DNA from: Candidatus Moanibacter sp.
GTDB taxonomy: Bacteria; Verrucomicrobiota; Verrucomicrobiia; Opitutales; UBA2987
Assembly (NCBI GenBank): GCA_965215885.1
Contig: CBDCEW010000100.1
Coordinates: forward strand, 64,001-128,000
DNA length: 64,000 bases
Direction: 5' to 3'
Of the stretch, positions 10,083-21,289 are shown one piece after another. The notes beneath the pieces were generated by a model. It was not told where the DNA came from. It saw nothing but the letters and a program-made list of their open reading frames with translations, and searched no databases. The first letter of the stretch is position 1; every line of letters starts with the position of its first letter. The position numbers and the translations under genes are program-made.

Positions 10083-11228
10083 ATGGGTGAGTATCAGTAT
10101 TATCAATTCGATGCCGTTACACATCTGTTATCGGAACGGGAGCAGAGTGAAGTCGGTTCGCTCTCGTCGCATATCAGCGTCAATTCCAGCAGCGCCTACG
10201 TTGAATACCACTACAGCGATTTTAGACACGACGCTATCGAGGTGCTTGAACAACATTTCGATGTTTTGCGGTATGGAGCGAACTGGGGCACTCTCCGTTT
10301 AGCATTCAGATTCGACGAACAGACGGTGGATTTCGATGCAATTGGTCATTATGCTTTTGAAGACGTAATCAGTATCTACAGACGGAATGAGAATGTCGTT
10401 ATTGATGCTTACTTTTCAGAAGAGACCGAATACGAATATTACGTGGAAGGGGCGGAAGGCGGCTCGAATCCCTTTCTCTTCTTTCATCAGGAGATTATGG
10501 AAGGTGACTATCGGTCACTGTTTCTCATGTGGTTGAAAGCCGCGAATATATCTTATCACTGGGAAGAGGCGGATGAAGATTGCCCTTACGAAGTGCCCGT
10601 TCCGGCTGGCCTGAAAACGTTGAATGCGGCTCATCAGGAACTTGGGAGATTCATCGAATTAGAGAGCGAATTGATCGAAGCGGCTGAAACACACAGTGAG
10701 CCTCTCATTCAGTGTGGGGACTTTGCTACCGACAAGACTCTAAGCCGGCTGTCCGCGCAAGAGCAGCGTCAGTTTCTGAAGAAGCTCGCCACAGAGAGCC
10801 CGCAAGAGACCAAGTCCAAATTGGTGCGGCGATTGAAAACTCTGCAGATGGAAATGGATCCTTCCAAAAATTCCGGTCCAAAAAAAGAGTCATTCCGTTT
10901 CAAAGTCTTGCGCGATAACGCCGACCAGTCGATTGAGGAACGAAAAACACGGGAAAGAGAAAAGGCTGAACATGAGCGATTGGAATATCTTGAACGAATA
11001 GAAAGAGATGAGTCGGAGTTGTGGAAGAGTGTACATGATAATATTCAGACTAAGAATATTAAAGGCTATGACGAGGCGATTTTGATTTTGCAAAGGCTTA
11101 AGGAACTTGCGGAACATCGAACATGCTTGGAGGCTTTTGAACGTCGCGTGTCTGAGATCTATATGGCCTATCCGCGACTCTCTGGCCTTCGCTGGCGTCT
11201 GAAGGCAGGCGGATTGATTGAAGAGTAA
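10083..11228 (+). CDS. Conserved hypothetical protein
   Basis: 381-aa ORF with MGEYQYYQF start and ANWGTLRLAFR motif; acidic, coiled-coil C-terminus. Confidence 0.7.
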   Translation: MGEYQYYQFDAVTHLLSEREQSEVGSLSSHISVNSSSAYVEYHYSDFRHDAIEVLEQHFDVLRYGANWGTLRLAFRFDEQTVDFDAIGHYAFEDVISIYRRNENVVIDAYFSEETEYEYYVEGAEGGSNPFLFFHQEIMEGDYRSLFLMWLKAANISYHWEEADEDCPYEVPVPAGLKTLNAAHQELGRFIELESELIEAAETHSEPLIQCGDFATDKTLSRLSAQEQRQFLKKLATESPQETKSKLVRRLKTLQMEMDPSKNSGPKKESFRFKVLRDNADQSIEERKTREREKAEHERLEYLERIERDESELWKSVHDNIQTKNIKGYDEAILILQRLKELAEHRTCLEAFERRVSEIYMAYPRLSGLRWRLKAGGLIEE

Positions 11229-11361
11229 GTTCCCAACGGGTCCGAAGAGACGCACCGCGGACGAAGTGAGAACATAATAAAAAACATCGAACACTGAACG
11301 TCCAACATCGAAGTGAAGATGAGATTGGGAAAAGGGATCAAGACGAACGAATAATCGAATC

Positions 11362-12861
11362 ATGAGTAGTGAAAACGCGCAACCGAATGTAGTTTGGATC
11401 ATGGCGGACGACTTGGGCTGGGGAGACCTGGGGTGCTACGGCCAACAGATTACGAAAACGCCCCGGCTCGACCGCATGGCCCGGGAGGGCACGCGTTTTA
11501 CCGACTGCTACGCCGGTGCCCACATGTGCGCACCGTCGCGGGCTACCTTCCATACCGGGAAGCACGAAGGGCACTCCTCGGTGCGGGAGATCTGGTTCCG
11601 CACCGAAGGATTCAACAACCGCGCCTACCTCCGCCCGCACGAGCGAACGGTGGCACAGGCGCTGCGGGACGCGGGATACGCCACGGGCCTCTTTGGCAAG
11701 CGCCACGCCATCGGTTTGGGGATGTCAGAGCATTTTGGTTTCGATGCCTTTTACCACGCTGACAACGGGCACCCGGTGCTCGGCGCCCATTATCCATTGG
11801 AGATAAACACCGAATCCGGTAACATTGAAATTCCGGTCAACGCCGATATCGGCAAGTCGCTCTCAAGGCGCCGGGATGGCGTGGAGCGGGAAGTGGCATT
11901 CGATTTTATCGACCAGTACGAGGATTGGGTGGAAGGCACCTACATGGACGATATTTGCACCGACGCGGCGTGCGATTTCATCCGGCAGAAGAAGGATAAG
12001 CCGTTCTTTCTCTCCCTCTCCTTTCACGCCCCGCACACCAATTATGTGAGCCCCGACATCGGGGACTACATGCACAAGGATTGGGACCCGCTCTCCAAGG
12101 GTTATGTCCCCATGATCGAGCGTCTCGACATGCATGTCGGCAAGGTGCTCGAAACGCTCGGAACCTCCGGGCTCGATGAAAACACGATCGTTTTCTTCAC
12201 CTCCGATAACGGCGGTGTCTGCCGGGACGGCCGCGGCGGTGACGAGCGGGAGGGGTGGGTCGGTTTTCGTAACCGAATGCAGGTGAACCGCGATTTGCGC
12301 AAGGGCAAACACTACCATTTCGAGGGCGGTATCCGAGTGCCCATGATCGTCCGTTGGCCGGGCAAGGTCCCGGCCGGCGGGGTGAGCGACCTGCCGTGGT
12401 TCTTTGCCGACGCCTTCCCCACAATTGCTGAGATCGCGCACGCCTCCGATGGCGTCCCGGACGATGTCGACGGCTTCAGCGTTTTGCCGACCCTGCTGGG
12501 CGGTGCCCAACCGGAACTAGAAGACCGCCCCATGTACTGGGAGGCTCACAAATTCTTCTGCTTTTACCAGGTGGTGCGGAAGGCGGACTGGAAACTCATC
12601 CGCTGGACCAAACAGGCCCCGCGGCAGCATCCCCTCGGCGACACCGACCCGATTCTACCCGACGACCGGTACCCGCTGCTCGAGCTGTATAACCTGAAGA
12701 AGGACCACCGAGAGGAAAACAATCTGGCCGAACGTGAGTCGGCAAAAATGGACGAACTGCTTGCCTTGCTCAATTCCGCCGACGCGCACCTCGAAGACCC
12801 CGAGTGGCCGCTGACGGAGGAGGAGAAGAGGGTCTTGGCCGATATGGGGTGGAGGAGTTAA
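11362..12861 (+). CDS. Sulfatase (arylsulfatase A-like)
   Basis: PNVVWIMADDLGWGD, CAPSRA (CxPxR), FTSDNG, EGGIRVP. Confidence 0.93.
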   Translation: MSSENAQPNVVWIMADDLGWGDLGCYGQQITKTPRLDRMAREGTRFTDCYAGAHMCAPSRATFHTGKHEGHSSVREIWFRTEGFNNRAYLRPHERTVAQALRDAGYATGLFGKRHAIGLGMSEHFGFDAFYHADNGHPVLGAHYPLEINTESGNIEIPVNADIGKSLSRRRDGVEREVAFDFIDQYEDWVEGTYMDDICTDAACDFIRQKKDKPFFLSLSFHAPHTNYVSPDIGDYMHKDWDPLSKGYVPMIERLDMHVGKVLETLGTSGLDENTIVFFTSDNGGVCRDGRGGDEREGWVGFRNRMQVNRDLRKGKHYHFEGGIRVPMIVRWPGKVPAGGVSDLPWFFADAFPTIAEIAHASDGVPDDVDGFSVLPTLLGGAQPELEDRPMYWEAHKFFCFYQVVRKADWKLIRWTKQAPRQHPLGDTDPILPDDRYPLLELYNLKKDHREENNLAERESAKMDELLALLNSADAHLEDPEWPLTEEEKRVLADMGWRS

Positions 12862-13815
12862 GGAAGAATGGAGTGATGGAATGGTGGAGAGATGGAGTGA
12901 TGGGTGAGTGAACAGTGAACAGTTTTCTCCTGTTCCGGCCGGGGTGGGCCGGGCCGTCCCGGCACGGCATTCGTTTGAGCTCTAAGCACCGCTCGTTCCG
13001 TGTCGAGACGCCACTGCCTGCGGTGAGCCTCTCGAAGGGGACCACCTGCTTCGCGCTTCTGAATAACCGTGTGTGATCGCGAGCTCCTCCTCGTCTTCGT
13101 CCTCGAAACCGTATGTCATTGCAGTTTGAGCCGACTGTGTCGTTTGCCTGCTATTTAGGGGCCATTTACCGGCGTATCGCGTCGCTCCGAGAACGAGCAC
13201 GAGGAAGGAGGACGAGGACGAAACTTCAGCACTGACTACGGCCACGTGGGCAGCCTGGGTTCGCAAGACGTTATCCTTCTTGATGGAAAACTTACCAACA
13301 ACATGATCCTCGCGCTCCACTTCGATGACGAAAAACACCGCGTTTCGAGATGGTGGCCCAGCAGAATACCTTCTGGACGAGCAATTACGGCCAGATGTGC
13401 CATCCCCATACGATCTCCGACCAGTCCGGAAAGTATGTCGCCTTCAATTCGCTGGACCGTAAGAAAATCGTTCCGGATGTGATTGTGGTGGAGTACTAAC
13501 GCGACGATCGTTTGATCGTCGCATTCGAGAATGCGAAATCCCTGGGTGCCGGATCGGTGCTGTGCAGGTTCGATCGCTGTCAAGCGTATAGGCCCATTCG
13601 AATGCCGCCCGAAAGCCGACGGCATAATAGCCGAAAACGGCTCAATCGCAGATACAATTCCCGGCTTTTAATCGCTTCGGGTTTAATTCCCCGAAGCTTG
13701 CTTCGTTTCTAATTCATAAAGTCTAATATCAAATGCCTCGGGGCTTGCCCCGAGGATCTTTAAGAGCTAAAGAAAACGGTAGGCTTCATCTTCGAACCAT
13801 CAAATTCGAAGAAAA

Positions 13816-16077
13816 ATGGAGAAACCTACCGTCAAAGAAGAGACCTTCTTACAGTGCATCCTTGGAGTGGACAAGGGTCATCCCTCGATCACGGTCTATC
13901 GGGATCTGAGCGAAGGCAAACTGCACGTCTATTACGGGCATGAGCTTTTTGAAGTCGTAGAGGACGATCGGGAGCAAGTTGAATTCAAGCTATTGGTGGG
14001 GCGCCTCTACAATGCGGGGTTGAAGAAAGGGCGCTTAGAGAAGCAATTTGAGGTTGACCCCAAAACGATGAAGCGGTGGGGGGAGGCGCTTCAAAGCGGA
14101 GATGCCGAGACCTTAGCGCGAGTGCTGGCGGGACGCAGCGCTCATCGCAAATTGACGAGGGAAATCCGGAGTTTTGGGCGGGTGCGCTTCGGGCAGATCT
14201 ATGGGGAGAGTCGGTATGGCTACAGCAAGAAGATACGGGGGGAGATCGAGGAGGTGTTCGGAGTTAACCTCAGTGGGGAAACTTTGCGCCCTGTCTTTAA
14301 GGAGCTTAAAGAGGCCCGGGCAAAGGAGGCCGAAGCCGAGAGGGCGCAAAATCGGGAGACTCCCTGGGATTGCCCGGAGGACTCGGGGAGGGACGAACAG
14401 GAGCGAGAAGCAGAAAATAGCCCCGAAAGCGAAGGGGACAATCGCAAGGAGTCTCCCGGTTTTTCGAGGGAGAGCTCCGAAGCGGGGCAATGGTATCGGC
14501 ACCTGGGAGTACTTCTGTTCAGTGCCGCGCTCAGAGAAGTCGCTCAGATTGATCGCGAAGAGGGCTGGCTTTTGAAACAATGGGTGGCTTGCGGGTTGTT
14601 GGCCGCGGTCAATATCGAGCAGAGCAAACTGCTCGATCTCGAAGACCTGCAAAAACTCATCGGGCGAGTCCTGTATACCCCCTATCTGCAACGCCAAAGC
14701 CTTAGCGCCCTGGCCGATGAAGGGCTTTTAAGAGAGATCCTCAGAGTGAACGCGAGGGGCCTGAATGCTTCGGATGAAGAGAGCTTTAATTATGATCCGC
14801 ACACCAAACATTACACCGGAATGAGCAAGGTGCTGGCGGGATGGTGTCCGGGTATCCGTCTGGCCGACAAAGCGCTCCACAGCGATTTTATTCATACCCT
14901 CAAGGGCTATCCGATCTATTTTGCGAGTACCGACAACTATGAGGATATAAGGGAACATCCCCAACTGCGAAGCGATGCTCGAGCTGGTGCTTGCCGGCTG
15001 ATAAGAAGGTGAGTATTTACGTGGACCGGGCGATCGCCGCGGAGTGGTTTTACGAAGCCATCGTGGAGCACCCTCAACTCGAAATCATTACCTGGGAAAA
15101 AGGTTACAAGGCCAGCGCCCAGCCCCTCCAACGGATCGACGGGCAGTTGCGCCTGCAGCGCGCGCGCAACCATGCCGAAGATCTCCAAGAGTATCATCTT
15201 CGCTATCAGCGGGGCCCCTGGAAGAAAAATCCTCAACTGGTGCAGTGGATCGTGGAGGCGACCAATCCAAAAAATCGAACCATTACCGCGAGCATCCTGG
15301 CGACCGATCAGCAGGCCCGAAATGAAGAGGTAATCAAAGGGATGTTCAGTCGCTGGCTTCTTTCGCAGGAGAAAAACCGAAGAATTGAAAAGACTGCTCC
15401 TGGCCGAGCATGCCACCCGGGCAAAAGCGCCTCAAGCACTTTGGCGATTAAAGATCACGTCTTACTCGCATCCGGCCACTACAAGCGATTAGCCCAACTC
15501 CTTGAGGACAAGCAGGAGAAAAGCGGTGGCGCCAAAGCCCTCCGAAGCAAAAACCGCAATGCCTCGAAGAATTGCAGACGCTCCTGTCCGAGCATGCCCA
15601 TGCAAAAGCGCCTCAAGGGGCGAAAAGATCCCGCCAGGCCCTCAAAGCCCTCCAACTGAACTGGAGCAAATCGACACCGAATGCTCGAGGCTGCAGCGCC
15701 TCATTATGAAAACTATGTCCGCCTGGACACCGCTAACAAGTCCCTCATGGATGCCTTGAAAATCTTCGCCCGCAACAGCTTCTACAAGCAGCTCGAACCC
15801 TTTAAAGCTCGCTACAACAACTATCGTGACGACCACGATCTGTTTCGATTTGACTCACAGTGACGGCGTTCTTATAGAGAGGGGCTGTGCGGTCGAAGCG
15901 CATTTATTCCCCACCGCAACTTATCCCCCTCGGGTGCAGGCGGTGGTGCTTGAGTATCTGCAAACTCTCAATGAGAAGCCCTTACTGATGCCCGACGGTT
16001 CAGGCCGAAGAATCAACTGGGCAAAAAATCGGGATTTAAACTTGCGATTGCATAGTGCCTTTAGAGGGGCAATATAG
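13816..16077 (+). pseudogene. Frameshifted putative transposase in at least 4 pieces
   Basis: HTH-like N-terminus, DPHTKHYTG, VDRAI, MFSRW; consecutive ORFs 13816-15012, 14991-15659, 15681-15863, 15826-16077. Confidence 0.65.
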
Positions 16078-16179
16078 TGAGGTCTGAACGTATTTGCGAA
16101 GTCCGTGGACTTCGTTAGGACGCATTAGCGCTCACGTGAGAGTGATCAAGACATTTTGTACACGTGTAATCTCTGTGTC

Positions 16180-16227
16180 GCCCAACCTCAACCAGGAGGC
16201 GCACCTTCAGGCGTTGCCTCGCTAGCC
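16180..16227 (-). other. Degenerate attC site
   Basis: Minus strand GGCTAGC...GTTGGGC with inner palindrome GAGGC..GCCTC; inverse core is 1 nt off the complement of GTTAGCC at 16730. Confidence 0.55.
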
Positions 16228-16715
16228 GCCGTAGGGGCGATCGTAATCAGATACCTTCCCACGCTTCTCTTGGCCGGGTTCGCGCTGCAGTACCACATTT
16301 TCATATTCTCCTGCAACGGCACGCCAGAAGTAGACCGCTGGAGTGTTCGCGTCATCGAACGAAAACACTCCATTTACCCGATAGCAAACTCAGCGTCTTT
16401 CTTGCTGCGTCTCGCCCAATGCCCGTTCTGCGGTACCGCCGCAGAATGAAAAATTCGGCGATCTGGAAGTCCCAATCCTCCTCGCCGTTGCTTTCGCGAA
16501 CCATCACAAAGCCGCCGAGTTGCCCGCCAACACGTATGAAATACGGATATCGATGTGCCTCTTTGAAATAAGCGTCGAACCAATGATAATTGAACTTTCC
16601 ATCGGAACCGATTTCAAACCTGTCGAATTCGGAGTAATCATGCATGCAGAGCTGCATCAATCGCCACAGCACGTTTCTTCTCTCGAGGAGCGACTCTCTT
16701 TAGTTCGACGGACAT
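16222..16715 (-). pseudogene. GNAT acetyltransferase cassette with two frameshifts
   Basis: Pieces MSVELKRV / IAEFFILRRYRRTGIGR / NTPAVYFWR in different frames. Confidence 0.7.
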
Positions 16716-16729
16716 ATGGTAAATTCTGC

Positions 16730-16736
16730 GGCTAAC
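16730..16736 (-). other. attI-like core site (GTTAGCC) of a decayed integron
   Basis: Lies between a divergent intI-like remnant and the first cassette; no attC palindrome upstream. Confidence 0.5.
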
Positions 16737-16867
16737 TTTAGGTGATTAGCAAGTTCCGCATTATCCCGTCCGAGGATCATGATGTAACGGTTAGTTGCAT
16801 GGGATGTGGCGGTCTTCTACCTTGTGTTCCTTACAGAATCGTATTTGACGCATTTCCGTCTTTTCCG

Positions 16868-17086
16868 ATGAAAAAGGAGCCCGAGGCGCCGAATAGAGCG
16901 TTTCGCAAAAAGCTGCGTGCGGAAGGGGTGGCGCGGCGGGAATTCGCCGACTGCCTGAAGTGGCTGCGGTATTACCTTGGTTTCTGCTATGAATTCCGCC
17001 ACCCGTTTGCGAGTGAAAGTGAAACAGCGAACCGGCAGAGGTCAGAGGACAGAAGTCAGTGGAAAGGACTACAGCCATTTTACTAA
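16868..17086 (+). pseudogene. N-terminal remnant of a long-form integron integrase
   Basis: KWLRYYLGFC resembles the N-terminal SAM-like extension of long IntI proteins; divergent from attI-like site. Confidence 0.5.
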
Positions 17087-18202
17087 TGCCGGAAGGCTCA
17101 TGAAATTAACCTGCATGTCCTTGATCTTTCTTGTGAAGGTCCGGTCGACATCGTGGGCGAGAATGACTTTATCGGTCTCAGGATGACTGCGGTGAAAGGC
17201 GGCCAGGTTTCCAGTGTCGCCAGGATCCGCTTTCCACTTCGTTTCTATCGCGCAAGGCGGCTTGCCGCGCCGCAGCAATACGAAGTCTACCTCCCTCTTT
17301 TGTTTGTCTCTCCAGTATCTCAATTGATCCTTCCAGCCGTGGGCGCAAAGCTGGTTGAGCACGAAATGCTCCCAAAATGGACCTCGATCCTCTTCGCGGA
17401 TCGCCGACCAGCCTCGCTGGTAGGCCACGAACCCGGTATCGAAGCAATAGACTTTCGGCGCTGAGATGATTTCCTTTGTCCGGTACTTGAAGAAAGGCTT
17501 AAGGACGAAAAAGACGTAAGTCTCCTGCAGTATTTGCAGATAGTTGGACAGGGTGGGGCGGCTGGCCCCCACCGGGCCCGCCAGGGAGCTGGCCTCGAAC
17601 ATTCCGCCGCTCTGCTGAACGAGAAGTTCGAAAAAGCGAAAGAAAGATGCTCGGCGCTCAACCCTGAAAAGTTCCTGAACATCTTTTGCCCAATAAGAGT
17701 CCATCCATTCCTGGTAGTCCTTTTCCGGGTATTTTCCGGCCAGGTAAAACGGAGGGAGGCCTCCTCTGATGAATCGGTGATCCCAGCCGAAATTTTCAAA
17801 CGCCTCCAAATCCTCGAGGATCATCGGCGAGAGCCAGATGTCACGGTTGCGTCCCGCCAGAGTATCTTTGAATTTTGCCGACGCACCCAGCGTGGAGGAG
17901 CCGGTCGCGACGACCTTCGTGTCGGGAAAATGATCGGCTACAATTTTCAGTAGTTCCGAGGGATTATCCAATCGGTGAATCTCGTCCAAGGCGACGCGCC
18001 GTCCTCTCAGTAATCCCAGAAACTCTTCCGGATCACCCATCTGGCGTCGCACCCGCGGCAGTTCGCAGTCAAAATATTCCACGTTTTCCAGACTTCGACA
18101 CAGCATCGTCTTGCCTGAGCGCCGCACCCCGCTCAGCCAAACCAGGTTGCGCTCTTTCCAGGCCGACTCTACACGGCCTATCCAATACTCTCTCTTAACC
18201 AT
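17069..18202 (-). CDS. AAA+ ATPase with DUF4143 domain
   Basis: GVRRSGKT Walker A, LDEIH Walker B, ATGSS, PKVYCFDTG, EVDFV...IETK. Confidence 0.9.
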   Translation of the reverse strand: MVKREYWIGRVESAWKERNLVWLSGVRRSGKTMLCRSLENVEYFDCELPRVRRQMGDPEEFLGLLRGRRVALDEIHRLDNPSELLKIVADHFPDTKVVATGSSTLGASAKFKDTLAGRNRDIWLSPMILEDLEAFENFGWDHRFIRGGLPPFYLAGKYPEKDYQEWMDSYWAKDVQELFRVERRASFFRFFELLVQQSGGMFEASSLAGPVGASRPTLSNYLQILQETYVFFVLKPFFKYRTKEIISAPKVYCFDTGFVAYQRGWSAIREEDRGPFWEHFVLNQLCAHGWKDQLRYWRDKQKREVDFVLLRRGKPPCAIETKWKADPGDTGNLAAFHRSHPETDKVILAHDVDRTFTRKIKDMQVNFMSLPALVKWL

Positions 18203-18409
18203 ATGAAAGTGATTATTAATATAGTATAACTATTTGCAATTTTATTTACATATGGAAAATTGGAATACACTCGGAGGGGCAAAGGGAACTACGTGAACGG
18301 TAGCAGCGACGCGACGCGGGTGGCTGCCGTGAGCGGCGGCCTAGTGGTAACACTACCCTTCGACTACGTTCAGGACGGGCTTACCGGGGCTACAGATGCC
18401 CCTGGCTAC

Positions 18410-19303
18410 TCATCCCGACCCTGCCAACCAGACCCGTTCGCCGTCGGATTCCAGAATGGGCTGCTCTCCATCGGGCAAATTCACGGTGCCTAAATGTGCC
18501 CCGGGACCGTAGAGTACCGCCCGCTGCTCCGGGGTCAGCTCGGATACCCATTCGCCGTAGCGCTTTTGGGGTTCGAAGTGGCGCCCGACGTACCGCGCGG
18601 CTCCGCGTGAGGCGTACTTGTAGAGCACGGAGCGACGCTCGTGATCGGCGCGCCACGGCAAGGCGCCGTGAGCCGCCGTTTCGGCGAAAAAGAGTAGATC
18701 ACCGGCGCGCATCGCCGGCTGCACGACCACCCCCATATCCTCTTCCATGTCGATCAATTCGGGCGGCATGGGTTCGCGGCTCTTGTGGCTGCCGGGGATA
18801 ACACAGAATCCGCCTTCACCTTCGGCGCAATCGGCCAACTGCCACGCCACCGTTACTCCCCGGCAATGGATCCTGCCGTTTTGCACGTGATACCAGACAG
18901 GCGGGTTGAACGGAGTTCCCGAACCGTGGAGGCGGTGTCCTTCGGTGCCCTTGGTAGCGCCGAGCAACCATGGGCCGTGGTCGAGGCGAAAACCGGGGCC
19001 GCAAAAGGCATTGAGACATGATACCACGACCGGGTGCACCAGCATACGCCGGAAAGGCGCGCGGTGCGGCTCCGGCCAACCGAGCATGCCCGTCAATTCG
19101 AGGCGCCGGGATTTGCCCACAAACCCAACCGCGCCGCCCGAGGTGCTGTCCGCGCGGGGTTTTACCTGATCGCGATAGTGGTCGAGAGCCGCGTTCGCCG
19201 CCGCTACCTCATTGACAGTGAGCACACCCGGAACGACCAGGAAACCTTGCAGGTCGAAGGTGTATTTTTCCTCTTCTGAAATCTGGAATCCGTGCATTGT
19301 CAA
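18410..19303 (-). CDS. PhyH-like Fe(II)/2OG oxygenase, non-canonical HGS
   Basis: FDLQGFLVV, FRLDHG, LHGSG, GGFCVIPGSHK, AHGA, RRS. Confidence 0.85.
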   Translation of the reverse strand: MTMHGFQISEEEKYTFDLQGFLVVPGVLTVNEVAAANAALDHYRDQVKPRADSTSGGAVGFVGKSRRLELTGMLGWPEPHRAPFRRMLVHPVVVSCLNAFCGPGFRLDHGPWLLGATKGTEGHRLHGSGTPFNPPVWYHVQNGRIHCRGVTVAWQLADCAEGEGGFCVIPGSHKSREPMPPELIDMEEDMGVVVQPAMRAGDLLFFAETAAHGALPWRADHERRSVLYKYASRGAARYVGRHFEPQKRYGEWVSELTPEQRAVLYGPGAHLGTVNLPDGEQPILESDGERVWLAGSG

Positions 19304-20190
19304 ACTCTCGTGGGTTTCCCGACAGAGACCGCACCTTCCCCATCGATATCCAGGAACATTTCGTCGCTGCCCGGCGCTGAAGCGGGTCCGAACATCACCG
19401 CGCGCTCCACCGGAGTCATATCCTCCACTGTCTCTTCACCCCAGTAAATCCCGGGCTCGCACAGTTCACGCGACGGCCCGCCTCGCGTGGCGGAGCGCGT
19501 GGCATATTTGTAGAGGATGGAACGACGGTCGTGGTCGTTGCGCCAGGGATGGCTGCCGTGGGTCTGCGCGCCGTCCATGAAAAAGAGGACGTCCCCGGCC
19601 TTGATTTCGGGTTGAATGACGATACCTTCCGTGCCGTCGCTGTTGCGCACCGTCGGGGGCATGCGGATTTGTGATTTGTGGCTTCCCGGCACGCAGGCGA
19701 ATCCGCCGCCGCCCGCCGGGCAGTCCGTCAGGTTCCAAGTCACCGTTACTCCACCGCAATAGCCCTCGCCGTCCTGGTGGTGGTAGGCGACGTATTCACG
19801 GTGGGGTTCGCCCGATCCATGCATGCGCAGTCCCTCCGTGCCTTTGACCGCGTTGTTGAACTGCGGGCCGTGGTCGAGCCGGAAACCCGGACCGCACATC
19901 CAGTTGAGTCGCATCACCACGGCAGGATGGACGAGGAGGTTTCGGAAGGGTTCGCAGTGCGGTTTCTGAAGATTCAGCAGGTTTTGCCCGCTGTACCACC
20001 GTGGTCCGGTGCCTTTCAGAAAGCGAGAGTCGCCGGTGCTCTGTGCTCCCATAACGATTTGCTCAAGAACAGTGTCGATGGCGGCGTTGGCCGCGGCGAT
20101 CTCCTTGGCGCCTATAACGCCCCGAACAACCAGGTAACCCGTCAAGTCCCAGAAATACCGCTCGCGGCGGTCTGCTTTTTGGTTTTCCAT
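19300..20190 (-). CDS. PhyH-like Fe(II)/2OG oxygenase, non-canonical HGS
   Basis: WDLTGYLVV, FRLDHG, MHGSG, GGFACVPGSHK, THGS, RRS; paralog of the adjacent gene. Confidence 0.85.
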   Translation of the reverse strand: MENQKADRRERYFWDLTGYLVVRGVIGAKEIAAANAAIDTVLEQIVMGAQSTGDSRFLKGTGPRWYSGQNLLNLQKPHCEPFRNLLVHPAVVMRLNWMCGPGFRLDHGPQFNNAVKGTEGLRMHGSGEPHREYVAYHHQDGEGYCGGVTVTWNLTDCPAGGGGFACVPGSHKSQIRMPPTVRNSDGTEGIVIQPEIKAGDVLFFMDGAQTHGSHPWRNDHDRRSILYKYATRSATRGGPSRELCEPGIYWGEETVEDMTPVERAVMFGPASAPGSDEMFLDIDGEGAVSVGKPTRV

Positions 20191-20221
20191 ATTTGCTCCA
20201 ACCGTTAACAGAGTTGCACCC

Positions 20222-21238
20222 ATGAATCCATTCGAATCCATCGCTATTGGCAATGCCGGCGTTGAAGTGACCCGCTTGGGCCTTGGCGGAGCCGCGGTGA
20301 GCGGCATGGTGCTGGCCGACGGCCTCTACCGCGGGAGCGGTTACGAGGAGGCGTTGCGTGTCATTCGCCGCTGTCACGAAGTCGGCATTCGCTACTTCGA
20401 CACCGCTCCCCTCTACGGTTGGGGAAGAAGCGAGCATCGCTTCGGGCAGGTGCTGGGCGCCTTGCCCCGCGATAGCTTCACTCTCTCGACCAAGGTATCC
20501 CGCACCCTCGTGCCAGGGGAACCCGGTGAAGTCACCTCGCGCGACGAGGACGGCATCCCGGATTACGCCTGCGTATTTGATTTTTCCGAATCCGGAATCC
20601 GGGCCCAATTGGCCTCGAGCCTTGAACGGCTAAGAGTGGACTATGTGGACATCCTCTATCTCCACGACAGCGACTACGCCGGCGAGCATACCGACGCGCA
20701 ATTTGCCGAAGGGCTCGAAGCGCTCTCGAAGATGCGGGAGGAAGGTATCGTCAAGGCGATCGGCATGGGGATGAACCAGTGGGAGGTGACCGCGCGCATG
20801 GTCGAGCGGTTCGATCTCGACATTATCCTGTTGGCGGGCCGCTACACGCTGCTCGAGCAAACCGCGCTGCCGGAATTTTTGCCCCTCTGCGTCGAGCGCG
20901 GCGTGCGGCTGACGATCGGTGGCCCTTATAACAGCGGCATCCTGGCGAGCGATTTGGACGGGCCGGCAAGCTTCGATTACCTGGGGGCGCCGGAGGAGAT
21001 GCTGGTAAAGGCCCGGAGCCTCAAGGCGGTATGTGACCGCCACGGGGTCAATCTCAAAGCCGCCGCGCTGCAGTTCATCGCCGCGCACCCGGCGGTGGCC
21101 ACGATTATTCCCGGATCCACGACAGTCGCCATAGTCGAGGAGAATGTGCGTATGTTCGAAGAAGAAATTCCCGTTGCGTTGTGGGCGGAGTTAAAGGCCG
21201 AAAAGTTGCTGCCCGATTCGGCGCCGGCGCCGGGGTGA
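20222..21238 (+). CDS. Aldo/keto reductase
   Basis: LGLGGA, FDTAPLYG, STKV, SLERL..DYVDILYLHD. Confidence 0.92.
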   Translation: MNPFESIAIGNAGVEVTRLGLGGAAVSGMVLADGLYRGSGYEEALRVIRRCHEVGIRYFDTAPLYGWGRSEHRFGQVLGALPRDSFTLSTKVSRTLVPGEPGEVTSRDEDGIPDYACVFDFSESGIRAQLASSLERLRVDYVDILYLHDSDYAGEHTDAQFAEGLEALSKMREEGIVKAIGMGMNQWEVTARMVERFDLDIILLAGRYTLLEQTALPEFLPLCVERGVRLTIGGPYNSGILASDLDGPASFDYLGAPEEMLVKARSLKAVCDRHGVNLKAAALQFIAAHPAVATIIPGSTTVAIVEENVRMFEEEIPVALWAELKAEKLLPDSAPAPG

Positions 21239-21289
21239 GGGGAGGCAGAGGCCGGATCGCAGATGTCAGAAGTCAGAGGTCAGAAGTGA

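Noticed and set aside
13240..13500. Oligogalacturonate lyase-like C-terminal fragment
   Set aside because: Only a short HPH-containing frameshifted stretch; too weak to call
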